This document shows positions 50,055 to 61,660 of a stretch of DNA of 64,000 nucleotides, piece by piece. Below the pieces are notes generated by a model. The model worked only from the letters and a program-made list of their open reading frames with translations, was not told the DNA's origin and did no database searches. The stretch is from Lama glama (taxonomy: Eukaryota): NCBI GenBank assembly GCA_028534125.1, contig CM052817.1:94118001-94182000 (forward strand), in the 5' to 3' direction. The position numbers and the translations under genes are program-made. Numbering within the stretch: the stretch's first letter is position 1; each line of letters opens with the position of its first letter.

Positions 50055-50821
50055 CTCGTAGAAGAATCCCTCACAAGGCTTGGTTCCTACATCTGTATTA
50101 TTTATTTGGTTTATTTCCCTATGTTTCCATTAAAAGCCATCACTCAGGTGCAGGACTGGGTTGCAGCCCTGGACCCAGGCATTTCCTTTTCTGGCTTCAA
50201 TAAGATTGAGAAAAAGTCATTGAAATGACTGAGCTTTTGAACTCCAGTTCTGGACTGTGCAGCCCTGTCACAGAGGTTTTTGTGAGAGACAAAATCTCTC
50301 TCCTGGTCAATGGTCTGTTATCATTTAAATCTTTCCCCAAATGCTCAGTTTTTTGGCCCGCGCTAATCCTACCCCGAGTACAAGCAATTGTTGTCTGGGT
50401 GGGGAGGGGGATGCTGAGTCATTTATTCATGATTTTTATTACCTCTTGGCTTGAGTATCTCCATTCATTGTTCACAAGCTGCTCAGCTTGTTTACTTTTT
50501 ATAAATTACATGTAATCAGTCCTCTCGCAGGTCTGGCTACTGTAATTGGCAGTAGCCACGGAGCAGGGCTGACGAGTCGGCATTTGTGCTGATGTTTCAC
50601 AACCAGTTCAGGTTCTGCCCTCCAAACTTTCCTGCCTCTTCCATGTGCATTTCAAAAGGAAGGTGGACAGAACTGCCTCGCCGCTCTCCCTTCTCAGATG
50701 CTCTGACGGTACTTATTTATATATAGATATATAATATGCAATATATAGATATATAATATAATATATAATATGTAGAGTCACCCTGTGTTCCTTTGGTGAA
50801 GGAGGAATCAAGGGTTTGAGA

Positions 50822-51012
50822 CAGTGGTCCTCAAATTTCAGTGTGCATCCCAATTGCCCAGGTAACTTCTGAAATGAAAATTCTGAAGCCCTACTCCCAC
50901 CTTCTGAAATTTTTAGTAAATCTAGGTAGAGGTCCAGAAAACTGCATTTTCGAACTCAAATCCCTGCTGATTCTGATGTAGGTGGTCCTTAAATGATACC
51001 TGAGAAATGCTG
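50822..51012. mobile_element. MER5-type hAT-Charlie MITE
   Basis: cagtggtcctcaaatttcagtgtgcatc...ctgcatttt...tgattctgatgtaggtggtc...tgagaaatgctg. Confidence 0.7.
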
Positions 51013-53780
51013 AGTTGGGCATGGAGAAAAAATGGGAGAAGAAAGAAAAAATCCAGTAGAAGTAAAAATGTATAAAGAGTGGAGTAGGAAGGTAAGAACC
51101 AAAACTCAGAAAGTATCTTCAGCTTTTTTTTTCTGTGAGGTAAGGGAAATATGCTGTGATGCTTTAAAAAGTGTATATATGTGTTTAGTGTTTTCTTGCA
51201 GTGACTTAGATCAGATTCTCCCCTAAAGAGGGCATACTTAGAGGCTGACAAAAGTGAAAGGGAATTTTTAGAAAGGTTAGACTATGAGAAAGAACCTAAC
51301 CATGGGAACGAAGGTGTTATTAAATCAAGGAAGGTATTATGTAGGTATCGATTTAAAAAAGAATGTGCGTTCCTGAATCGAGAGTTTAATGAATAGCTTA
51401 AAGATGAAGAGTTGACGGAGGATTAGTTCTTCACCCGAAGTTCTGGTTATTCTGGTTATTGGATCTGAAAGCATATTATTAAAATACAGTCCAGATTTCC
51501 TGGAATAGTTCTAATTTCAAGTATATTTTCCCTTTGTCTTTTGAGTACATGTCTGGTTTGCCCTGATTTTTCGTTACTTGAGATGTGATCGATTTGTAAA
51601 AGACCATGAAAGGAATTCTACTTGATTAAAGAAGTTCTTGTTTTTCAAATTTCTCTCTGTCTTTCTGTCTCTCCCTCTCCCAATGTTTAATGTGTATATT
51701 CTATTTCTTTTAACCCAAACTTTCATTGTAAAGTCCATTTTAGAGAAAGAGAGTGAGAGACAGATCAGACAGACTCTATTTTAGAAAATTGCTCAAGAAG
51801 TGAACCAGTTGGGAATGGTTATTTAATCCTAGCAGAGGAATAAAGAATTTATTTCCAACCACCTACTGAATTTAACTCTGTTTCTAGAAAGTGATCATTT
51901 TTTGATGCATTATTTCCTTAGGGGAACTTTATGATGCTATTCCTACCTTGCAGAAAGATCTTGATATCCTCCTCCCAAAGAAAAGGAATTTGGGGCATTA
52001 CTTGTAAAATGATGGCTATCATCGGCTTTTGTTGAATCCATCCCTGCTCTAACCATCTCTTCATCAAAGTGTTCGTTTTTTGCATTTACTCTACCCAAAC
52101 CATCTCAGTGTGAAAGTGTTCATTTTTCGGTGCTAGGATTGTACTGTAGGACTTTTCCACACTGTGGGGGCATATTGAGGAGCTGGCTGATCTTTCCTCC
52201 CTTCCTTCTTTCCCCCCGTATTTCATGCTCTCCCGTCTCCTCCATTTACTTAGGAAGACGTCAGCCTCTTAGATACTCTGTTCATCTGTCCGCAAGATCT
52301 TACAGAATCTTCCTATCTGCTTTGTAAGTGTGGAGCATCATTATTGTTATTATACAAAGTGTCTGCCACACCCTCTCGCTGCACCGAGAGTTCAAGTAAG
52401 TTTGGTTAGGAGATCACTTTGCTCCCGAAGTGAATGGAAGGGCTCTTGCTGGGCGGTGGTGGAGACCCAGAACCAGCTTCTCCCGAGAAAGGCTGGACGG
52501 ACTCCTGAGACTTCTACTCCCCATGAAGAACTGAAGGCTGGGCTCACCCCTTGCTGTCTTCATTTGAGGTGACCTTATTTCCTTGTTTTCCTGTATTTTT
52601 TGAACCGTATACCTGGTAGACCTCTTTTCATATGAATCTCTTGATAGTTCTGGGTATTTTTCAGATTCTTTTTCTGTAATTTATTCTAACCCATATGTTT
52701 AACAACATAGTGATAGATATTTCCAACGAATATTTAAATTTGCCAAAAACAAGTTATAAGTGCTCTTAGGGGAGAACCACAACATTAAGTAGTCATCCAA
52801 GTGCAGCATAAAAAAAAATATACCGTATGAATTTTCAGTGGGAGTATATTAACTTAAAAATTTCTGGTTTTGGTGTAACATATAGGAAAAAAGTTATAAA
52901 ATATTAGATAAGCAGATTCATTGCCCTTTGTATAAATTACTAAAGGGAAATATTTCTTTAATAATTAAATAAGATTCATCACTAAAGTTAATATACATAT
53001 TTAGCCTTCTATGATTTTATGCTTACTTGTATTTGAACAGAAAATGTGCATATATTAACTTAAAAGTCATAGTATGTTGGTAGTTTATTTCTGTTTCAAT
53101 TTTTAATACTCAGACATATTTTAATGCTTAATATCTCCCTACTGATATCAGTGATTCTTAAAGAACTAAAAGATACTCTTTTATGGTAGCTTTTATGCAT
53201 GCTAAATATTTTTACAAGTGTGGTTTTTATTCCCAGCTTGGAGAAATAGTTGTATGCTGAGAAATCCATGTTCTTATTAACTAAGGGATGTTGGAACATG
53301 GATATCAAAGTATTTTTTAATGTTTCCACTAAAATTCTAGCCTTGAAAACATTCATGTTTGTTTTTCACATGGAACCTGTTGTATTTCTAAACCGTACAT
53401 TTCCAAAGCAGAATAACTTTTTGTAACTTTGAGATTTTTATTGAAATGCTTAAGGAGAAGAAAATGATTCAAGGAAGATATTTTTCTTAAAGTAGTGAAA
53501 GGAGAGAAACTTACTACTCATCCTATTCTTAATGAGAAAAATGAAGACCTAGGGAATCGGGGCCAAGGACATACCCTGAATTCAAGACCAGTTGCTTTCG
53601 ACAGACAGGGGTAGACATGAACACAAGCGTCCTGAAGCCCCATGCTGGTGCCATTCCCAATCCGCCATATCCACCTCCATCTTCAGGGGGTTATCATCCC
53701 CAAAACTCACTTTGACATTCTAAGAGCATTTTAGCTGCCCCTTAGAGCAGTTGCAGCATGGTAAATTCACCCCAGTCTCT

Positions 53781-53895
53781 CTCTTTGTGAAAAAAATTTA
53801 TTTCTAATTGTCAAAACACATAACACGAAATCGACCATCTTAGGCATTTTGAAGTGTGCAGTTCAATAATGTTAAGTATATTGGCCTTGCAGTGC
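53781..53895 (-). mobile_element. Short older LINE-1 3' tip (L1MA/MB-like) with intact 13-bp TSD
   Basis: TSD CACCCCAGTCTCT at 53768-53780 and 53896-53908; aattgtcaaaacacataacacgaaatcgaccatctta...aagtgtgcagttca. Confidence 0.8.
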
Positions 53896-56147
53896 CACCC
53901 CAGTCTCTTTTGCTTCTCCGTCTAATCTCTAGCTTTGGAACCATAGGGAGAGGCTTCGTATCAACACCTTTTGGGAAGGCGTGCACTTCACCTATGTTTA
54001 CTCCTTCATTGTAGTAGAAAGTTCATTATGTGGGATTTGCTCACCTGATTCACACTGAAGATCCTACTTTAGTGCACATTTGGAAATCCCACACCCCTCT
54101 CTGCCTCCGAGGAAAAATTCTTTCCTGATTGTAGATTCCGAGCTCAGTTTAATCTTGAACATATGAGAGTGAGTCACCCCGAGTAAGTATGTAATCCCAT
54201 TTATACCTTCCTTCCAGCCTCCCTTTAATTTTGAAACTGAAGGTACTGGATCCTGATTTCCTGTATAAGGTCTGGTGATTTGGGGCCTAATTTAGGGACC
54301 AGGCGATGTTCAGTTTTTTTTTTTTTTTTTTTTTGGAACCAGCACTTTCTGTTCTACTGACGAAGCTGCATGGCCTGCGTTTTAAAATTCAGACTATGTG
54401 TGGAATGCCTGTGTGGATGAAGAAGCAAGTTAATGCTTTTGGGGGAGGCAAGGAGAAAGGAATGAAAATTTTGAGACAGTCTGATTTTGTGGGGAAACTT
54501 TGAGATTTTTAGAATACAACCAAACCCAGGATGAGGAGCTAGTTGGCTTTGTGATCTCTGTGCTCGAAGGAAGTATTTGGCTATTGGGCTAAAGAGATAC
54601 TGTTGAATAGGTTTATTAACTGATAAATTAATAACTTAATAAACCTGTCTGTGATTCCAGTTATCATTATTTTCACAGTGCGTGACCACTAATCCCATTG
54701 CTTCATTTGTAGAATGAAACATGTCAGTTGAAAGTTAGGTTCAAAAGAATGCTTGTAAAGTACCTTGGAATCTTTAAGGTACTTTGCATATAGCACTTGA
54801 AGAATGTCAATCATGAATGCCTGTATTTTTACAGCTATAGAGGAATATGGGAGCTGGAGTGACTTGAGCATCAATATATTCCTTTTAAAAGGCAACATGG
54901 TTTTGAGCAAAGCCGTTCTCCCTGAATGCTTATTTTAAATTCTCAGTCATTTAGCCAACAGTCAGTAATCTCACTTAGCAAGTGTTTGGCACGCCTGTTT
55001 TAACCTGCACAAGTTCAGTTCACACAAAGAGAGGGAGGGAGGGAGGGTGGGGTTATGTGATGGAAGCGCCCTGTCAGCCTCATTAACATATTTTGAATAA
55101 CTGTATTTGAATATCTGCCAGCTGAGCTAGGCGGCCTGGAGACCTGCCAAGTGAGCCATGGGAATTTCTGGGAGGGGAATAGAGATTCTAGCCTGTGAAA
55201 TGTTTACTTTTCCTTCTTGGAGGGGAAGCATTTTCCAAGATGCTATTTAGAATATTTCCCTTACCCTCCGAACAAAATAACCTTTTCCTTGGATGAGTTG
55301 GAGTTCCTACTCCTGGTTTTTGTCTTTGCGAATTAGCCCTGAAGCTCTTTCTGTGAGCCTCGCTGGAGAAACTCTTCTGCAAGCTTATCATGTGAGCACG
55401 AATGATGGGAACAGGACAGACAGGATGAACTAGGGCGCCTGCAGAGTCACCTCCTCCCCAGTGGATGCTCAGCTCGTAAAGGTGGCAGCCTGGCTCAACT
55501 CTGTAGAGTATAGAAATGGCCTTAGAAAGTTCTCATCTTGTGGCCCTTATCACATTTGACTTTGCATTGACACCTGTCTTGCTGAAACCACAACTTGAGG
55601 CTCTAAAACTCGCCAGGGGAGTAGTCAGTTGAGACCAGGGGTTCTCAGGTATTTGGAGGTAGCGGGTTTAAGGGTGAGGAGATGGGCAGTGCCTATGTTT
55701 CTTTGTTCTTTAGTTCTCAGTTTGGGGGGCAGGTCAGAAGAGAATGAAAATCACCAGGGAGCTTTTTCAAAAACCATTCACTTTGATTTTTTTTTTCCAG
55801 TTTCCCTATTGCAGTGAAGGGTGGGTAGGGATGACCAACGAGGTGGCATTTGAATCTAGACTCTGTTGAAGCTGTGTGTGCCTGCCACAGCGTGGTGGTT
55901 TCCACAGTATAAGCTGGTTTGCTGCCCTGCCTCATGCTCACTCTTAGGAATGGAGAGATACAGCCTGATGACATCACTGCTCACTCCTGTGAAAGATTTT
56001 GAAACAATATGTTAAATGTACATTTTGTAGGATTGTCCGAAAAGGCTTTCTTCCCTGATTTGTTTTTTTATTTATCTTGTCAAAGATGGTCCTTAAGACT
56101 TGATTTTTCAAAACCACAAATAATGGGTATCAAAAATAGAAAAGAAT

Positions 56148-56232
56148 GGGGTTGGGGTATAGGTCAGTGGTAGAGCACATACTTAGCATGCACAAGGTCC
56201 TGGGCTCAATCCCCAGTACCTCCATTTAAAAA
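56148..56232 (+). mobile_element. tRNA-derived SINE (camelid Vic-1 type)
   Basis: GGGGTATAGGTCAGTGGTAGAGCACATACTTAGCATGCACAAGGTCCTGGGCTCAATCCCCAGTACCTCCA. Confidence 0.85.
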
Positions 56233-59200
56233 GGTGGGGGGGACCAGGAAAGAAAGTTTGATCATAGTTATTTAAAAAAAAAACTTTAACAGATGAGAAC
56301 CTAGGAAAGAACTCTGATATATTAAACCAAGCCCTAATTTTTTAACAACTATTATAATGAGCATATATATATACATTTTTATGCCAGTCATGTGTGTGCA
56401 TATATAAATATATTTGTATGCTTTTGAATTTCTAAACTGAAGTTACTAAATTTCAGCTAGCTTTTCTTAAACCTCACTGATTTCTTTGTGATTTTTTTCA
56501 GTGTCATGTATGACTCCTATATTTACAGTCATCATCTACTCTTTAAGTGACTATGTAAATACAACTTCGATTCTTAATAGCTTTTTTTTTCCAATTGATT
56601 CCTAACAGCCTGTTTAAAAGAAAAAAAAATTATAGCTGATTGTAATCATGCAATTCATGAAGCAATGTAGGGTTAATATGAAAAATTGATTATCAGTTCA
56701 GTATTTTCCTTTTTTATTATAAAACGTTAAATATTATATTCTGTTGTGTCGGTTTATCCTGTTAGAGAATTACTTATGGAATGTTACCAGTTTCACCATT
56801 TAGTACCTCTTCAACATCTCTGCGGGTGGTAGATGTAAGATCTGTTTCTTAAACAAGTACATGCATGAAACTATAAAACAGTTTATTCAAGTCACATAAC
56901 AACACTGGTGAAACTGGAGTCCTGGCACTGAGCCCACATTTAAGCTGATAGCACGTGTATGTGGGAAGAAGATGCTAGTTACTGATAATCTCTTTAGAAT
57001 GTGTTAATATTGTTAGGTCTGAATATGAGTTATTTGGTTAGGTGTACCAGATGAAAAAAGCCTAAACGATGTAAAACCTAGACTTTCGTGTCCCTTTTCA
57101 TTCATTTTGGTGATTTACTAGTTGGTGTTTGTGGGGATGCACATGGTCACTTTCATTTGGTATGCTCCATATTTGCGATAGAAAGTGCCAGGGGAGAACG
57201 GGGACCGGAGAGGCTGCAGGTGTAGTGGGGCAGAACCCATGGAACCACTGCCGCGGCTTGTCCTACAGTCAGCTCCCCCTGCACCTCCCCTGGCTCATTT
57301 ACATGTTATATAATCCAGACTGGCTCGTCCTGTTTGGTCAGTTTGTGATAAACTGCAGAGCTGAGTAAACCTGGGGTAACATTTTATAATGGCTTGAGAA
57401 GTTAACCAGTACTTGAGGTGTGAGGTAGCAGAGGGGCCCAGCTGTCAGGTGCCCTGGGGGTCGGCCCCCTCCTCAGGGGTCCTTTTCCGTTCTCTCTGAG
57501 GAACAGGAAATCCAAGTGAAACTATAGCAATGCGTGGTGGCCTCCCTGAGGGCCACTCCTTGATGCTGATGACACCCAACCTGCCATGTCTGATACCAGA
57601 AACAGCTGACACTAGAAGCAGGTGGTAGCTGTGTCCGTTAATGAGTTTTGTACACAAGCAGAAACAGACAAACCCATCCAGTGGAACCATTTGCACCTGT
57701 CTATGCCCAGTTTGAAAACAGTGAAGGAGGAACACAACTTAGATGTCTTGTTCTGGCCCTGCCTCAGCATCCAAGGAGAGAACACGTCCATGAGCATTTC
57801 TGACGCCCGTGCACTAAGAAGTTAAGCTGACATATGGGGCTTAACACATCCCCAGTTACAGGGTTATTGGGTTTTCTAGAGCATCCTCTGTCCATGTCTG
57901 TTAAACTTCATGACAGGTGTGTGTTGTCTCGTGTGTGAGTGCCCTAAACCCCCTGTAGGGCTGTGTGTCCTATTCAGGGTTGAGTGTGTCCTTCACATAT
58001 TCATCGTCAGGCTCCTATCTGGAAATTGGGATCTCCTGTTGGATGTGGAAGTCTTCCCTGGAATGCCTCTCCTCTCCTTACAGGGCCTTTCTGAGATTGG
58101 CAGAGGTTCTCAGGGCCAGAGGGTGTTTGTCAGCCTAGCGTGATGGTGATGACCTCTCCCTGCCCTGCTAGTTACAGTCTCTCACTCTCACCTGTACGGA
58201 TCTTAGGGCTTCTCTTTGAGCCAAAAGACTGGGGAACCCTAACTTAGAAGATTTAAGTTTAATAGCAACCTGCTTTTCCCCCATGACTCACTTTTAGTTC
58301 CAAATATCCTGAAAGAGGTTCTTATTTCTGAAGGTCAGGCAGGTTGCAGCCTGCTTGATTTTTCAGCATCTCTGGTTTAATAATAATTTTAGAGAGTAGA
58401 AGAGGAAATGGTTCTTTTATGAATGTGGCTTAAAACTGTATGGCCTTGTGCAAATGATCTAACTTCATATGAATCCTGGCTTATAGACAGAGGCTTCCTT
58501 TGTTTAAGTAGATTCACCACTCTGTCCTCTGAAATAATGAGAGGGAGAATAATTTTATATGTATCATGTAAATTAAAAAAAATCAGAATTCAGAGCTGGG
58601 AAAAATTTCCAACAGTTCACATTGTCTGATCCTGATTTTTTTTTACATTATTTTTGCTGTTTCAAATTTGCTTTTATTGTTTGAGATAAAAAATACATTT
58701 TCCTGTTCTTCTGTTCTGACTTTTTATTCTTGAACTGAAACCTGCATCCATGGAATTATCATCTTCTCAGTGTTTGATTACTGGAGTTTATAATGAGAAA
58801 ATAGTGAGACCTTTAGAAGACAAAACAGAAAATAAAATTGGTTGAGGACAAGGAATTCTTTTTGGACATTGCAAAAATAGCAAAAAAAAAAAAAAAGTAA
58901 CTGGCAACACAAACTCTTTTTCCTGTAAGTTTCATTTTCCCAAACCCTTGCCATCATGCTAAAAAAAAGTTTTCTTGTGTTGATTTTTCTCATAGTAAGA
59001 ATTTTTTTCATGTGCCAAAATTTTGTTTTTCATGTGATTTCTACAGTAATTTGGGTCTTACTGAAAATATATCTTTTTACAGTACAGTGGCAAAAGTTGT
59101 TGATAATAAGCCAAAAGGAAAATTTAATGTGAACTTCTATGCAATTTATAGTGACTAGGGGAAATTAAATGTACTATCCAAGGTGAATTAAGTTAGATTA

Positions 59201-59747
59201 TTGTAGGAGAAATATCAATTCTGATTCAAGTATGAGTATGTATTTCTAGTTTCAAAAATTACATTTTTTCGTTTCCTACCTGGTCTTTTCCCCAAGGATA
59301 CATATTTTTAAGATTTTTCTATCAGGCTAATACAAGGTGATGCTTCTGACTAAGTCAGCTTAATGGAATGGCATCACACTTTCTTTGGAAATAATTAAGA
59401 AGGGAGATTAAAATTCAAGCTTTTTGGAGGGACCAGTTGAAATTCTTGAGCAACAGGGTACCTTGGAGCATGTGAGAAAGTAGCTGAATGCTTTTTAGGG
59501 GATGGCAAGCAGTGTTCTGCATCTCAGCCTGATAGAAAATAAATCATGTTTTGGATACTACTATTAAACAGCATGGATCATTCATCCTGTCATTCCTTTT
59601 AGGAGATGATTTCAGAAATCCTCAGTAACATCTTGTTCAGCAGCTCATTCTGACTCCCTGAGTCACCTGTAGGCTCTCACTGTTTATTTGCTCTTTAAAT
59701 CTTACAGTGGCCTTTGACCAAAAGTAATAAAATGTTACGTGACTTGG

Positions 59748-60290
59748 TATATCAGTCAGGATTCTCAGTTGTAAGCAACAGAAACCTCTGGCTAATGTCA
59801 TCAGAAAAGAAGTTTCTGAAGGCTGCTAGTTAGCTCACAGTTTCCCCAGGAAAGCTGAGAACCTAGCTCGGAAGCTCATCAACCAGGAACAAGGCCACTC
59901 AACTGGTCCAGGGAACATACCCCTACTGCCTCCTGGGCCGTGACCATAGGCCTGACATCTTGCACTCCCAACATCACTGACATGACACACCAGATACTGC
60001 CACTCCTGCTTCTGGATGCTGCTCTCGCTGCCCCAACCCTAGACCCAGGTCTCTGTACAGTACTTGTTTCTTGAAATTTCTTGGGATTCAAAATCTGGGA
60101 TGAATTTTTCTGGTGGAGCCAGTATACCTGATCATATGCCTGCACTCTATTGCAAGGGGGCTAAGAAAGCAATCATCTGAAATTGCCTGCTTTTGTAAAA
60201 TTAGAATTAATGATTTTTGCAAACATAGGAAGGGAAATTCAGATGCTGGGTGATCTAAAAGAATTATGTAAGTCTACTACACCTGTTACA
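59748..60290. mobile_element. Old MaLR LTR (MLT1-family)
   Basis: tatcagtcaggattctcagttgtaagcaacagaaacc...tagctcacag...atcatatgcctgcactctattgcaagggggct...tctactaca. Confidence 0.65.
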
Positions 60291-60419
60291 TTGCAGGTAG
60301 GGGTGGAAGGATTGAAAAGAAGGACAACAGCTACCCGCCCACAGAACTTCAAAAATAAAATTTCTGCTACTGATAGATATGAGGAAAAATGTCATCACAA
60401 AACTAATAATTTCTTAGCA

Positions 60420-61032
60420 AATTGTCCCCAACTTACAATGGTTCGACTTAGGAGTTTTTAACTTACAATGGTATGAAAGTGATACGCATTCGGTAGAAAC
60501 TGTACATTGAATTTTTTTTTAATTTATCTTTTTATTTTTTGTTTGAGGGGAGGTAATTAGGTTTATTTATTTATTTATTTGTCTTTAGTGGAGATGCTGG
60601 GGATTGAACCTAGAACCTCATGCGTGCTAGGCATACACTCTACCAGTGAGCCAGACCCTCCCCCCGAAACTGTACGTTGAGTTTTGAATTTGATCCTTTG
60701 CGGTGCGATCCTCTCTCATGATGCTGGGCCAACGGCAGCCTCAGCTCAGAGTCAACCTTGCAGTCATGAAAGTAAGCAACCAAAATGCACACAACCATTC
60801 TGTACTTCACTTTCAGTACATCATTCCATACATTATGTGAGATGTTCAACACTTTATTATAAAATATGCTTTGTAGTTAGGCGATTTTGCCCAAATATAG
60901 GCTAATGTTAAAATGTCCTGAGCACACTTAAGGTAGGCTAGGCTAAGCAATGATGGTTGGTAGATTAGGTGTATTATATGCATTTCCAGTTTATAGTATT
61001 TTCAACCAACAGTGGATTTATCAAGCTGTAAG
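60420..61032. mobile_element. Tigger-family DNA transposon (MER82-like) with nested SINE
   Basis: tccccaacttacaatggttcgactta...aacactttattataaaata...ttaaggtaggctaggctaagc...ttaggtgtatta. Confidence 0.75.
60511..60665 (-). mobile_element. Full-length camelid Vic-1-type SINE
   Basis: tRNA-like head plus (AAAT)n AAACCTAATTACCTCCCC tail on the minus strand; 15-bp TSD GAAACTGTAC(A/G)TTGA at 60496-60510 and 60666-60680. Confidence 0.9.
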
Positions 61033-61131
61033 TATTCTCATTACAGCAGCCTCCACAGATATGAATCAGTATTCCTGAATGGGTTTTAGAAAATGATGGG
61101 GAAAACTGAGAGGTTTTGGGGTAGATGTTCG

Positions 61132-61660
61132 TTCTTTCTTTCTTTCTTTCTTTCTTTCTTTCATTGAAGTATAGTCCATTTACAGTGTTGTGTTAATTTC
61201 TGGTGTACAGCATAGTGATTCAGTTATACATACATATATATATATTCCTTTTCATGTTCTTTTTCATTATAGGTCAAGATATTGAATATAGTTCCCTGTG
61301 CTATATAGTAGGTCCTTGCTGTACATCTATTTTATATTTAGTAGTGTGTATTTGCAAATCCTGAACTCCCAAATTACCCCTCCCTTCACCCCCTCTTCCT
61401 TCCCTGGTAACCATAAGTTTGTTTTCCATGTCTGTGACTCTGTCTCTGTTTTGTAAATAAGTTTGTTTGTGTCTTTTTTTTTTGATTTCACATATGAGTG
61501 ATATCATATGGTATTTTTCTTTCTCTTGCTGTCTGACTTCACTTAGTATGACGATCTCCAAGTCCATCCATGTTGCTACAAATGGCATTACTTCATTCTT
61601 TTTAATGGCTGAGTACTACTCCATTGTATATATAGTCCACAACTTCTTTATCCAGTCATC
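61132..61660 (-). mobile_element. 5'-truncated LINE-1 with (TTTC)n tail microsatellite
   Basis: ORF2 end MPFVATWMDLEIVILSEV on the minus strand; 3' UTR; tail is (TTTC)n. Confidence 0.92.

Noticed and set aside
50716..50772. Duplicated ATATATAGATATATAATAT unit
   Set aside because: Ordinary AT-rich slippage repeat.
56148..56225. Possible tRNA gene (also 30885-30956 and 60590-60665)
   Set aside because: Degenerate stems, A-rich tails and (for two copies) TSDs identify them as tRNA-derived SINEs.
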